Shown here: positions 50,932 to 64,000 of the stretch, piece after piece | Numbering within the stretch: position 1 is the stretch's first letter | Layout of the letters: every line of letters starts with the position of its first letter | Source: Callorhinchus milii | Taxonomy: Eukaryota | NCBI RefSeq assembly: GCF_018977255.1 | Contig: NW_024704742.1 | Coordinates: 73,286,001 to 73,350,000, forward strand | Direction of reading: 5' to 3' | DNA length: 64,000 bases | Program-made: the position numbers and the translations under genes | Notes under the pieces: generated by a model | What the model was told of the DNA's origin: nothing | The model's input: only the letters and a program-made list of their open reading frames with translations | Databases searched by the model: none

Positions 50932-52911
50932 ATATTCAGCTGGAGAAAGCTGGAACCCATTATAAGATTATATTTGTGGTCTTTAATGTTTTTTTAAGGC
51001 TTTTAATTAATCTGTACATGCATTTAGAATGTAACCTACCCATAATTCTTTAATAAGGTTTGTTTGATAGAATGATTAGCTTAGCAGGGGTTAAATGTAG
51101 CTCTGATGGAGCGGTTGAGGTTAGCTTCTGATTACATTTCATATTTCCCTGAGAAGATGTTGACTCCTCTGAGATAATGAGTAATCGAGTCCTTGAGCAG
51201 AAATGTAAGAACAATGGACCAGAGAAAGAAAAGGCTACAGACAGACACCTGCCTATCTCAAGCAGAGAATCAGGCAGGCTCAAAAGTTGCCCATATCTTT
51301 CTCCTTATCAGATATTTTCCAATGCGAAAAGAGCCTGCTCAAAGATCGCTAGCAGCCTGCGAAGGGTGGGGGCTGTCTGTCTCTGTGACAAGGGGAGGTG
51401 AAGTTAGAAACGCATAAAAGAAAGATGTAACTTTGACATAGTTGGAGTTGTGTAGAGGGTCAGCACACTTCCCAGTGGAATCAATATCGATTCTACTGTA
51501 TCTATGTATAGTATACAGGGGTGAGGGAATTTACCTCCAGTAAGAAAGTGACTATTGAAAGTAAAAGAGGAGGAGTAGTGACTGGGTATCATGTTTTCGG
51601 TTCTGTCTGCTAGGTAGAGAAGTAGTAGCAATAGTAGTGGTTGGCCTGTTTGAAACACAGAAGTCAGGTTAGACAGTACAAGTGAGGTGTGGGCTAAGGG
51701 CTGAGTGTTTATGTTGGGTTTCCAGGAATCACTCTGTGATTCTGTGTGATAGTTCTGTGATCTCTCCAATGTATGTCAAGGTGTGATCCCAGGTCTACTG
51801 TCTGGTCTGGAGTACAAAACAGTACCTGGATACGTGTTGTTGTTCCTGTATTGTCAGTACTACTGTTGTTATCTAAAGGTAGAGCAGAAGAGAGCAACTA
51901 TGAGTTAGACAGGGTAGGACTCTAGAAAAGATGACTCTGGGAGACCTTATAAAATTTTAATTGGGATTGACAAAGGAAACAACATCAACAACACATTACA
52001 TTTGGATAGCGCCTTTCACATCCCAAGGCATTGGACCATCAAGGATTTTGACCTGGGAGGTAGCGGCGGAATAGGTTAATCCCCAAACAATACTTTAAAA
52101 TACATCAAGACAAGAGAACAGAGGTTTAGAGTTGTGAAAGGCAATTTCAAGACAGACATCAGGCAGGTTTTCTTTACTTAGAAGGTAATTATTGTTCCAA
52201 AGTCTGAATGTGAAAGTTGCTATATGAAAGGGTTGGATTATCTTTACAGTCACAAAATCAGGAAGCTTATCTTTGGATTGTTTTATTTGCATATGGTTAT
52301 TATAGGTAATTCCTTCGAACCTCCCTTACTTACCTAATTACTTGTCCAGCTGTTCCCTTGAAATGCTAAGCCTATAGAAGTTGCCATTTGAGTGAACACC
52401 TTCTGGAAATCTGCCTCGATGGCATATACTGCCCTGCCCCTCTTGCCTCCATCTACCACCTTGAGATTACATCAAATAATTGAAGTATGTGAGTCAACAA
52501 CTTGCACTTATTGCACCTTTCATATAGGATAACCTCCCAGAGCTCTGGCAGACATGACCCGTCCTTTGCAAACCCACATGACTCCCAATTGATCAGCTTC
52601 TTAAAAGAATGCAGTGTCCTAGTCTCAAATACCTTCCTGGTAAAGTTTCAGCTGTTAGTTACCATCTGTGTACAGAAATATCTCATGGTGTTTGTCCTAA
52701 AATTGCATTGCTTTGCTCAGGCATGCTCTCTTGTATTGTTACCTTGGGGTATCTGAAAGCATCAGTGAGTTGAAGAAAGTACTTTTTGCAGCTTTTATAA
52801 TACCATAGGATGTGAGCAGACATAATTAACAATAAGGATTAACATAGAGTTTGTAGAGCCCTTGTTGTCAGAACAAATACAATGATACATTTTCCAAATT
52901 TGTTTCCATAG

Positions 52912-53023
52912 GAGAATGACGCTGATGCCTATGCAGCCATTTCACAGGTAGATCAGCAGAACCAGGAGCCAGACATTATTCGCAAATGGAGAGAGGAACA
53001 AATAAAGCATTTGGAGGAGTTAG
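52912..53023 (+). CDS. CLTA: Clathrin light chain coding exon 3
   Basis: ENDADAYAAISQVDQQNQEPDIIRKWREEQIKHLEEL(D); catag acceptor, GTGAGT donor; 112 nt. Confidence 0.93.
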
Positions 53024-53214
53024 GTGAGTGTTCCAGTCATGAATCCAGTTTAAAAATTCTGTGAACATTCATTTTAGGAACATAGGAACAGGAGTAAGCC
53101 ATTCAGCCCCTTGAGCCTGTTCCGCCATTCTATCATGCCTGATCTGTAACTCCAATTACCCGCCTTTGTGGGTCTATATCTATATATCAGATAGACCCCA
53201 TGTCTGCGGATGAT

Positions 53215-54150
53215 GTCAGATCTATATGCTCCCTCTTAGTGACATCATCCGCAGACATGGGGGCAATTTACACACGTTCACGTTCAACTGAAGAAAGTTG
53301 GCTCTCTGTCAGACATCAACTTTCTTCAGTTGAATGTCAACAAGACCGAGGCTCTCCTGATTGGCTCTTATCAGACTTTCCACACCTCAGGCGCTGACAG
53401 CATCACCATCCATGGCTGCACACTCCACCTCACTGAGCCAGTCCGGAACCGTGGGGTCTTGTTTGACCCTCAACTATCCTTTCTATCCTACATCTGCCCA
53501 TGACCTGCTCTGTCTTCCCTACTTCCGCAACAAGACCTGTCTCTGACACTGTCTCACACCACAGGCCGCTGAGAACCTCATACATACTTTCATTACAACG
53601 AGGCTCGACTATGCAAACTCATTGCTTGTCGGCCTCCCCAACTCCTCCCTCCATAGGCTGCAGGTCATCCAGAACTCTGCAGCCCATGTCCTCTCCCGCA
53701 CTAGGCTCCGTGACCCTATCACCCCCATCCTCACCCGACTCCACTGGCTTCCCATCACACAGAGGATACAGTTCAAGTTCCTGGCCCTCACTTTCAAAGA
53801 CCTCCGTGGTCTTGCTCCCCCCTACCCCTGTAACCTCCTAAACTCCTACCATCCTGTTTGCTCCCTCCGTTCAGTGGGCTCCGGTCTGCTTCACGTTCCC
53901 CGCCTTGCTCACCCTACTATTGGCGGGCAGGCCTTCTGCAACTCTGCCTCCACCCTCTGGAACTCCATCGCGCAGTCCCTCTGCCTTGCCACCTTCAAGA
54001 CCCATCTCAAGACGCTCTTCTTTGACCGTGCTTTTGATTTCCCTGTTTCCCCCAGGTCAGGTCCGTAACTCAGTCTGTCCAGCGCCTTGGGACATCCTCC
54101 CGACATGAAAGGCGCTTTACAAGTGTAATTTTGTTGTAGTTGTTGTTGTT
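53215..54150 (+). mobile_element. L2 3' fragment
   Basis: [32 protein letters not shown] and tail. Confidence 0.9.
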
Positions 54151-55469
54151 TGCCCCATATCCCTTGATCCCTGACCAAACAAGTAAAAATCTATCCACCT
54201 CAGTCTTTGAAAATTTGAATGGATCTAACATTCACAGTCGTTTAGGGGAGAGAGTTCCAGATTTGTGGAGTCCTGTGGCTCAGTGGTTAAAATTTATTTC
54301 CCCTACCCTTTGGATGAAAATCTGCCTCCTGATTTCACTCCTAAATGGCCTAGCTCTTATTTTAAGATTATGCCCCATTGTTCTGGATTCTGCCACCAGG
54401 GAAATAGTTTCTCTGTATTTTGTGAGATCACCTATATATTCATCATTGAACTTATCTGGAATTCTGCTTATTTGGTAACATCAAGAGCAGGAGCGCAGGG
54501 CAGTTCAGCTCCAAGGAGTATTGTGCCTTTCACGTCAGGAGGCACACTATACCTAGTCCACCTCACTGAGCCAGTAAGGAACCTTGGTGTCTGATCCTCA
54601 ATCATCTTTTAAACCCCACATCTGTGCCAGTACCTGTTCTGCCTTCTCCAACCTCTGCAACTTGCTCCCACCCTCCGCCGCTAGCTCTTCCCTCAGGACG
54701 CAGAGATACTCACCAATGCTTTCATCACATCTAAGCTTGACTGTGCTAACTCCCTGCTCTTCCCTCCACAAGCTGCAGATTATTGAGAACTCTGCTACTC
54801 ATGTCCTCTCCCGCACCAAGCTCCGTGAGGTGATTGCCCCCAACCTCACCTGGTTCCCTGGCTCCCCACCCCCAGAGGATCGAGTTCAAGATCCTCACCC
54901 CCCTCACTTTTAAAGCCATCCATGGTTTTGCTCCCCCTACCTAAAATGTTGCCTTAATTGACTATCAACTTCATAAAACTGACATTTACTTTTTTTGTCA
55001 TTGATGTGGATATACTTTTTAGACACACACTATATGAAGTTTGTCGGGAAGTTTAGGCTCAACAATATAACAACAACAACTTGGATTTATATAGCGCCCT
55101 CCACGCTGGACAGTGTCTCAGAGGGCTTCACAGTAACGGATCCCGGGTACTGTTTTGAGGAGAGAGGACGTCAGAGAGGTAGGGGGGTGCAGAGGAGTGG
55201 AGGGATTTGAATATGTCAGCAATATAATGCGGTAACAGAACCTCATTGTTACACATACTTTGGAATCAAAGGGTAGAACTCTGAAATATCAGTAGATATA
55301 ACATTCATGGTTTGAAAAATATTTTATTCTTGTAAATAAAGTAATTATCTCAAATTGATAAACATGCAAAATATGAGTACACTGCACTGAGCCTAAAACA
55401 AGCACAGCACTCTATGCAGCACTGCATTATAAGTTGAAAAACGCAGTCCTTTTTACACAAAATTGTAGA

Positions 55470-55822
55470 GACCTATAGCATAGTCGTTGTCGTGTTCTCC
55501 TCGCAATCAAGATGACCCGGGTTTGATTCCCGGGCGGGACGAAGCCTTAGGCAAGTTTCCTTATCTATGTTTACCTAGCAGTAAGTAAGAACTAGATTGT
55601 TAGTCAAATGGTGGATCACTTTCCGGGTGTAATAATCCTTCCCTTACCCCAAAAATGTGGTCACTCAATCCACGACTGTTTGTGGGACACTGCTGTGCAC
55701 AATTGGCTGTTGTAATTCAACCATAAAGTACCAGCCAATTCACTTTACAATATATTCTGTGAAGCGCTTTGACATGTCTCTAGTTTCTATCAAATATCAA
55801 ATGCAATTATTATTATTATTAT
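55470..55822 (+). mobile_element. tRNA-derived SINE, long variant, diverged
   Basis: B box GGTTTGATTCC, body and tail. Confidence 0.8.
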
Positions 55823-56076
55823 CATCATGACCTTTGTGACCTGCTAAAATGTTACCTGTCTGCTCCCTTCGCTTGGCGAGCAGTGGTCTGGTCCATGTCC
55901 CCTACCCTGCCCACCTCACCATCGGGGTCTAGCCTTCAGCCTTTCTGCCCTGACCTTCTCCATCTTGGAGCCCCTCCTTTGACTCCTTCAGGGCCTGTCT
56001 CAAGATCTTCCTCTTTGCCTGTGCCTTCGGTCAGTCTCCCTCCTCACCCTCATTCCCTCCACCCCTCTCGACCTGT

Positions 56077-56638
56077 TGTTAAGGAAAAACCTTTTCGAGT
56101 TCCAATTAAACACAACCACTGTTTGCAACCAGAGTGGTGTTTATTAAACTCCAGGATCCGTCCAAGTTCCCGATGGGCGTGGACAAGTAAGCACAATCAA
56201 TAGATTCACTAACAGAATAGTACCGCGTAATCCCTCCTTGTGGTCGTCTACTTCTGCCTTCTAGCTCTCAGTCTTCCATCCACGGTAGGTACTGTCCTGG
56301 GCGCGCCCCGATCTTGGTCTGGCACGGTGTCTTAAGCTTGTGTCCATCCAATCATGGTGCGGACATTAGGTCACCTGGCCAAAATCATGCTGGGTTCAAG
56401 TGAACATCTCATGGAGTGTACGTGCCTCACACACACAAACACATTGTCCTTGAGACAGTCTGTTATCTTGTGTACTTGCACGGCGGTAGTACACATCTTA
56501 TCCTTGAGACACTCGCGTGATCCTGGGAAACTCATGAGTTTCAGTCCAGTTGCCCCCCCACACACTTAACTTAAAAGTTAACCCGTTCGCAACATCTATT
56601 ATGATTCTAACATTATACAAAAAGTGTAAATTCTAACA
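56077..56638 (-). mobile_element. Solo LTR (562 bp) inserted in an L2 tail
   Basis: TGTT...AACA termini, TSD CTGT, AATAAA on the minus strand at 56140-56145. Confidence 0.87.
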
Positions 56639-56974
56639 CTGTGAGAAGCTTATTGAGCTTGGATGAATGTACCTTCTGTTAATCTTTTATGTTTGATTAG
56701 TGTCAAACATTATTACCTTGAGGAACTTCTAATCAAACACGTAATTGTATGCTGCACCAACTGATATGTCTTATTATCGATAACAACTTGCACAATTTGA
56801 ATTGACAGAACATGACTCACTGTTTCAGATAACTTTATAGGCCTTTGTTGTTAATATTTTACCCAAGCTAATCCTTGTAGAGTTTAAATTGAGCTACTCC
56901 ATTCTATTCTTGGTTCTGAGTTTCCATGTTCCTTTGTTTCTGTTTCCATTTTACTTTTAACATTTTATTGTTGT

Positions 56975-57290
56975 CAGCTGGGAATCTGACACATGCAGAA
57001 ACTAAGCTGAGATTTCCATACATCCCACCAAAACATGGAAATCCCAGATAGATTGTTAGAACGGAATCCGTACTCTCTCCCTGGAGGACCGCATCCTGCT
57101 TACCTTATTCCGGAAAGTTTTAGGCACAGGTTGGTAAGAGCCAAGGCTTGAGGATTCTAGAGTGTGAGTTAGCTCTTAACCAGCTAAAACTGCATAGCTT
57201 GCCATTGATATTACTGTCAAGCAAGCTTTCCTGCTGCTTTTCCAATGACGACCACCCTACCTGTTAAGGCTTTGGCTTGCAGGGTTAACA
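56975..57290 (-). repeat. Unclassified interspersed repeat of about 320 bp; other copies at 9985-10058 plus 10720-10955, 13630-13890, 60690-60890 and 62680-62845
   Basis: Shared motifs gcaagccaaagcc.taacag, ttttagctggttag, ctccaggga, gatttccatgt, cttaagcatg. Confidence 0.7.
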
Positions 57291-57390
57291 TGAGCTGAGT
57301 GGGATGACTCCCTGCCCCCAGTGACTGGTCTGCCCTTCCTGCCAAGTCCTGCCAATGAGTGATCTGCTGTCATCAGAGGTCACTAGAATA

Positions 57391-58411
57391 ACCTGGGCAC
57401 CACACTACAGGAAGGATGTTGTTGGATATCAAGAAAGGTCACCCAGCATTCCGTTTAGGCAAAATCTGTTAAGCCAAACTTTACTAGTTCCATAAAGTTA
57501 CACCATGGAGGGATTACAATAAAGCAATACCACCGCGGGTCGGGACGTTCAGCAGCCGAGGTTCCAATCTGTCTTGTTTGGGTATTCAAGCTTTTTGATC
57601 TTCCATCAAGTCTTCCCTCGTGCTCCTCCGATCTTTTCCTTCTGTTTTTCCTTCTTTGTTCTTTATACTCTTTATACTTTATACTCTCATCCCAATCCCT
57701 CTATACCTTCCTCCAATCTCTTATCAGTCGTTTACAACCGGTTATTAACAACTGATAAGAGATTGGAGGACGGTATAGAGGGATTGGGATGAGAGTATAA
57801 CATCTCCAATCACGTTTCCTTCAAACCTCTTTCCTTGTGCTGACTCCATATGTTCCATGACCTCTCATCCCTTTTGACCCATTGTTAGTATGTTAATTCT
57901 GCACCCTTATGCTAACAATGTTACGGCATTGGAAAGGATGTAGAGGAGATTTATGAGGATGGTACCAGGAATGAGGGACCTTGATTATGGGGAAAGGCAC
58001 GAGAGACTGGGATTATTCTCATTGGAGCAGAGAAGGTTACGAGGAGACCTAACAGAGGTCTTCAAAATCATGAGGGAATTTGATAGGTTAGAAAGGGAAA
58101 AACTGTTTCCACTGGTGGGTGTGTCGGTGACTCAGGTCACAGATTCAAAATAGTCTCTAAAAGAAGCAGAGGGGAGAAGAAATGTTTTCATGCAGCGAGT
58201 TGTTCGAATCTGGAACGCATTGCCTGAAAGGGTGGTCGAGGCCGATTCGATAACTATTTTAAAAATGCGGTGGACGGGTATTTGAGGAGTACGGGTTTGC
58301 AGGGTTATGGGGAAGGCGCTGGGGAGTGGGATTGACATTAATTGCTCTATTGAAAAAGCCGGCACAAACTCGATGGGCCGAATGGCCTCTTTTTGTACTG
58401 TACGGTTCTAT
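57391..58411 (+). mobile_element. CR1 3' fragment interrupted by the LTR
   Basis: LGLFSLEQRRLRGDL, RIWNALPE, 3' UTR gggccgaatggcct; flanking GAATA duplication. Confidence 0.88.
57420..57917. mobile_element. Solo LTR (498 bp) inserted in a CR1, containing a 122-bp palindrome
   Basis: TGTT...AACA termini, TSD ATGT; CR1 reading WAPHYRKDV/TALER resumes across it. Confidence 0.87.
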
Positions 58412-58564
58412 GAATACTGCAGACCTGCCTGGCTCAGGAACCAGATTACCGAGACCGCCATAGAGAGCTGGCTCGATTCTGAAATTCTGTTGCCAGACAT
58501 GACACCTTGGAGCCAGTTCAGCTCCAAGTAGACCCTGAATAATATTTTATTTTAGAAGCATTTT

Positions 58565-58894
58565 ATAATAATAATAATAATAATAATAATCCTTGCATTT
58601 GATATAGCGGTTTTCATGTCGGGAGGACATCCCAAAGCGCTTCACAGAACACACTGTAAAGTCAATTGACTGTATATTTGTGGGTGAACGCGTCAGCCAA
58701 TTGCGCACAGCAATGTCCCACAAACAGTCGTAGATTGAAAATGACCAATTTATTATTGTCTTTGGTTTTTTTGGAGGGATTATTATTAGGCGTGTGGAGT
58801 AAGGAAACTTGCCCAAGGTTTCTCCCTGCCTGGAATTGAACTTGAGTCTCTCACTTGCAAAGCGAGTGCTCTAACCACTGAGCTACAGGACTCC
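58565..58894 (-). mobile_element. Full-length tRNA-derived SINE
   Basis: Near-identical to the 62856 copy. Confidence 0.93.
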
Positions 58895-60179
58895 ACATTT
58901 TAGAAATTTTAGAAAATTTTCAGAACAATAACTTAGCACTCTTCTCATAGGGAGGTATCTTAGAGCCTGATCAAATATCCAGTTCAGAAACATAAACGCT
59001 TATGAAACATTTCCATTATTACGTAGAGAAAGTGCCAATCACACAGGTCATTGTATCCTACACCAAATGTTATGTCCCATATTCAAGTGAGAATGAGGAT
59101 CTTGAAATTGATGCGTTCTGCACAGGCAGCTAGTGGAGGCTGGAAGGAAGTGGGATGATGGGGGTGAGGAACCTGGTACTGGTGAGGACACGAGTGGCAG
59201 AGTTTTTTTTGATAATTTGGACCTTTTTTGATCATTTGTTTTTATTGTTTGTTGTTGAACTGAGGAGTACATTGCCAAAATTCAGGCGGGTGGTAAAGAA
59301 AGCATGAATTTAATAGTGTTTGAAGTAAAATGGGGTGAAGGCGGGCAATGTGGCAGAAATGGAGGAAGGCAGTCCTGTTCAGGGACCGCATTTGGGGTCG
59401 GAAGAATAGCAGGGGTTTGAACCGGATGCCAAAGTTCGTACAGTTTCAGTGAGTTTGAGATTAGGGAGGGAAGGTTAATGTGTATGAAAAATATATTAAA
59501 ACTTTCTGCCTGACACAGTGGTAGCACTCTCATCTCAGACAAGCCCCACATTGGGAATTGGAATTACGTAGACCAATCTGACACTCCAATGCAGTGCTGA
59601 GGTTGTGTTACATTGATGCAGATGTTGCCTTTTCGGGTGGATATTAAAGATGCCGTGGCTCTATTCAAAAAGAGAAGGGAGTCCTTGCCAACAACCCACA
59701 AATAAAATTTGTCACTCACACCATGGCTATTTGTGCGACATTGCTGTGCCCAACTGGCTGCCACATTTCCCCCACAAAATACACAGTCAATCCACTTTAC
59801 AGTATACCCAGTGAAGCGAGATGATAAGGTGTATATCAAATGCAAGGATTATTATTTTTTTAACATCATCAAATTGTTTAATTTTTCATAAATTTTAGAA
59901 AAGATCAGGTATATAACCTATCACCATAGTACCTAATCTAGATGGATTTTGGGGTCTGTGTTCCTGTGTGTTTATGTTCCCATGTTTCTATGTTCCTCAG
60001 TTTCTATGGTATGCGTTTGCATGTATCTATGTCCATTATTTTTATATTACTTGATTTCTACTTTTCCATGTGCCTGTGTTTCTATTTTTCCACAATTCTA
60101 TACTTCCAGGTTTCAGAAAATATTGCTCAATAAACTCCTGTCTAATAGAAGTATTTATTTGCCTCTTTCAAATCCTCAG

Positions 60180-60291
60180 ATGCCAACTCTTGTAAAGCAG
60201 AAATTGAGTGGAGAGAGAAGGCTAAGAAAGAGCTGGAAGACTGGTATACACAACAGGAAGAACAGATCGAAGAAACAAAAACCAACAACAG
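60180..60291 (+). CDS. CLTA: Clathrin light chain coding exon 4
   Basis: (D)ANSCKAEIEWREKAKKELEDWYTQQEEQIEETKTNN(R); cctcag acceptor, GTAC donor; 112 nt. Remaining exons lie beyond the window. Confidence 0.93.
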
Positions 60292-62855
60292 GTACTCATA
60301 CATGTTTCAGAAACTTGGAATAGTTGCCCTACCTGATGTCTTAGCTCATAATCAGTGTCAGTTTGGCTCAGTTGGCATAGCTCAAGGTTTGGAGATTTGA
60401 GTCCCATGCCAGATTTATATTCTAAGACCTATGGCCTGTGCTCTCTTGATGGAGGCACATCCTCTGGGGATGAGAGATGTTAAAATGAGGCCTCACCTTC
60501 CTATTGTAACAGTTCATGTGGATGTCAAAGATCCCATAATAGTATTTTGCACACAAGAGGGCTATACCCCAGTGTCTGGCTGATACATGTCCCTCTTCCA
60601 AAAAATGGATTCATTGTTCAGCTCATTGCTGCTTGTGGAAACCCATAGCGGTTGGTTCTCGCAATCGAGGGGACTGGGGTTCGCTTCCCGGGTGGGTTGT
60701 AGCTGGTTAAACTCAAGCAATACCCCATTCCTATGTACTCTAGGATCCCCAAGCCTTTGTTCTTGCCAACGTGTGACAAACACTTAATGAAATTAGTAAG
60801 GTACGATGCTGGGGAGTCTTTCTGGGGAGAATGTCTTGACTACGTTCCAGGCACAGGGAAATTTCCATGCCTAGTGGCCTAGATTTCCCAGCCTTCTCTC
60901 TGTGCTCCTTAATTTCCTTATTTCTGAACTATATGTCCATCTTCTGTTGAAATCTGCTTCTGCCTCTACAGCTTTCTGGGCAATGCACATTTAAGGACAT
61001 TAAAGATCCCATGGAACTATTTATGCTTCTGGCACTCTATCCTGTTCCTGGCCAACAATCCTCCAGTTAAATTGGTGATCCACATCCTGGATGTTCGTGG
61101 GTCACTGCTGAGTGCCAATTGGCTGCCGGATTCACCTACAAAATACATAGTCACTACACTTAACAGTAATAATAATAATAATTCTTGCATTTGATATAGC
61201 ACCTTATCATGTCTTCGAGACATCTCAAAGTGCTTCACAGAATTTACTGTAAAGTGAATTGACTATATTTTGTGGACGAAACTATGGAGGGCAAAAATAA
61301 TTACTTTGAAGTGTGTTTCAACTTGATAAGGTGCTATATCAAATGCAAGTATTATCATTATAATACAATCCTCCATGATCTTAAATTTTAAGACAATTGA
61401 CTAAAGGCTAAAAATGTGAAGCATTTTTATTCTTTGGAAAGTAACAGCATTACAAAGGAGTCTCAACAGAAATAGCAAGAAAACTCGCTGAACAAATAAA
61501 TGCAACACCAATTTTTCTAAATTCAACTTACTTTAGAAAAATCAAAGAACAGTTTCATCTCTGGGTGATTTATATAACTTCAAATCTTCACCAAGACAAT
61601 GCTTGCCAAACAGCTTTAGAACAAAATGTGCAGCCAATGGTGTCAGTGGACTCAGATTGTTTTTAACCGCAGTATCCATGCCAACCTCAGCAACAATAAA
61701 CCTCGTAGGACAGGCAACAAGTGTGACAATTACAACAGACAATTTAATGCTGATTTGGCTTAAAGCAATCCATGTAATTGGGGAGACAAAAGAAAGGGAG
61801 GGTCTGACTCCAGCGCCTTGGAACGTCCTCCAGACGTGAAAGGTGTTCTATAAATGTAATTTTGTTGTTGTTGTATGGATCGATTCCCTGGATGTCACCC
61901 CGAAATGTATGAGAAACAGGCTGCCAGGAGGCAACACTTGAGTAGTTTGTTGATGGAGTGTAACCAACTAAAATGACCCAGCTTGTTATTGGCAGCCTTG
62001 TCTGGCAAGTTTCCTACCTCTTGTCCAGTTAGGATCACCCTTAGAGCCACCTTCAACATAGTCGACTATGCCATCCTCCGATTGCCTTTCCTCCCTCATC
62101 TACCTCAGTGGGACTTTTGTCTTTCTCTTTTATTTTGAGTCCTACCTGACTCACTACCATCACTTTGTCTCCACAAATGATTTCTCCTCCTGTCTCCGAC
62201 GAATCACCTGCTACATACCCCAAGGCTCTGTCCTTGTCCTCCTCCTTTTTCTCATTTACATGCTCCTCTCAGTGGTGTCATCCACAGACATGGTGTCAAT
62301 TTCCAAATGTTTGCTGATGACACCCAAATCTACATTTCCTTCTCCACCTTGACCCTGGGTCCACTGATGTTCTGGCCACTTGCAGACATGAAGAATAGAC
62401 GAGTGCCATCCTTCTGCAATTGAATGTAAAGAAGACAGAAACCATATTTCTTGGCACCTGTGAAAGTGAAAGTTGCTGTAGGACTTTAGCTTGCAGGGAT
62501 AACACAAGCCAAATGGGAAGAATCTCTGCCTCCAGTAATGTTTGTTTTAAGAACTTACATCTGTTCACCTGACATTATAGATGCTATATGAAACTTATTG
62601 ATTTTGTTTATCTATGACTTTCAACTACCCAGCCTTTACAATCTTTACAATCACTTGGGTGCTTTACAATCACTTAACTGATACAAACCCAGTGTTTGTA
62701 CTTAAGGGTAACCATGCTTAAGAGTATCCATACCAAACAGAGTTCCATGCATCTCACCTACACGTGGAACTCCCAGAGATATTTATTGGACTGGAATGTG
62801 CATTCTCTCCCTGGAGAGAAACATCCTGTTTACCTAATTCCATAAATTCCATATC

Positions 62856-63180
62856 GAGTCTTGTAGCTCAGTGGTTAGAGCACTCGCTTTGCAAGCGAGA
62901 GACCTGAGTTCAATTCCAGGCAGGGCGAAACCTTGGGCAAGTTTCCTTACTCCACACGCCTAATAATAATCCCTCCAAAACCAAAACAATAATTAAATTG
63001 GTCATTTTCAATCTACGACTGTTGTGGGACATTGCTGTGCACAATTGGCTGCCACGTTCGCCCACAAATATACAGTCGGTTCACTTTACAATGTGTTCTG
63101 TGAAGCGCTTTGGGACGTCCTCCCGACGTGAAAAGCGCTATATCAAATGCAAGGATTATTATTATTATTATTATTATTAT
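62856..63180 (+). mobile_element. Full-length young tRNA-Ala-headed SINE
   Basis: A box, CTCGCT-TTGCA-AGCGAG stem-loop, B box, Deu-like body, L2 tail, (TTA)n. Confidence 0.93.
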
Positions 63181-64000
63181 ATAAGTATTAGATTTGATTG
63201 CCAAACATGTCACCTTGGAGCCAGTTCAGCTCTGAGGAGACCCCACTTACCTCCCACCCAAGAAGGATAATCACTAGTTGATCATTTGACATCTGAAAAC
63301 CGCGGGTTTGAGCCTTCACTAGGTGAATGGCAGGTACTAGGAACTCCCTGCGAGCTTCCTGGTGGACAACACATCTCAGCATGAGTGTGAGAGCATTGCC
63401 ACCGTCTTCCTGTCTGCAGCTTGGGCACACATCCCTTCCCATGCTTTGATGAATGATTTGCCCCAATTTATGGAAAACAAAAGTTTGTTGATGTGAATCA
63501 TCAGTGGATGTTTGCACTAAGTTACTGAAGCTCACAGAGACAATAGTAAAGGTAACAATTATATATGGTAACAAGTAATAATTCCTTCAAATAAAATAAT
63601 AATGATTTGGTCACTTCAATCCACAACTGTTTGTGGATACTGCTGTGTGCAATTGGCTGCCGTGTTTCACCACAAAATATACAATTAATTCACTTTATAG
63701 TATCTTCTGTGAAACTCTTTGAGACGTATCGAAGACGTGATAAGGCGCAATATCAAATCCAAGGATTATTTTTATTATTATTATGGCAGAATGTTACAGA
63801 AAGGTATATAGTAATTAATAATCAGAGACCAGAATACAAGCGAATAGCAGTGACTTTTTCTTTTTGTGGTACCATCTTGTCTTCTAGCTTTTCCAGGTCT
63901 GTTAGTACCCGATATTTATACACAATGATAAACAAGATTTTGTGTGTTGTGTTCAACTTTCCTTTCCTCAATCTGGCAGATACCACCTGATCAAACCATT

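Noticed and set aside
51330..51900. Possible ancient Penelope-like RT remnant on the minus strand (FTFNSHF, LYIDT)
   Set aside because: Motifs are too degraded to support without a homology search.
60292..64000. Neuron-specific and terminal clathrin light chain exons
   Set aside because: No sequence encoding ADEAFYKQP-like or EWERVARLCDF-like peptides was found; they are presumably beyond the window.
1..64000. CRISPR arrays, rRNA genes or prokaryotic operons
   Set aside because: None seen; the sequence is intron-containing vertebrate DNA. The single N at 886 is an assembly ambiguity.

Overview
Vertebrate nuclear DNA. The repeat content (young L2, CR1, Penelope, tRNA-Ala-headed SINEs with a Deu-like body and L2 tail) suggests a cartilaginous fish, possibly a chimaera; this is inference. 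Two spliced genes lie head-to-head about 12 kb apart. NANS (sialic acid 9-phosphate synthase) is complete on the minus strand: 6 exons, 17885->11431, 350 aa. A clathrin light chain gene (CLTA-like) is on the plus strand: exons 1-4 at 29872-60291, continuing past the window. Both proteins differ at normally conserved positions. Most of the rest is transposable elements: a near-intact L2, CR1 and L2 fragments, many SINEs, Penelope elements carrying hammerhead ribozyme motifs, a non-autonomous Helitron and three solo LTRs with 4-bp TSDs, one containing a 122-bp palindrome. The most unusual region is a gag-bearing LTR-like structure at 44852-48174 with inverted LTR copies and an unexplained coiled-coil ORF. 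Exon and TSD coordinates were read base by base; edges of degraded repeats are approximate.
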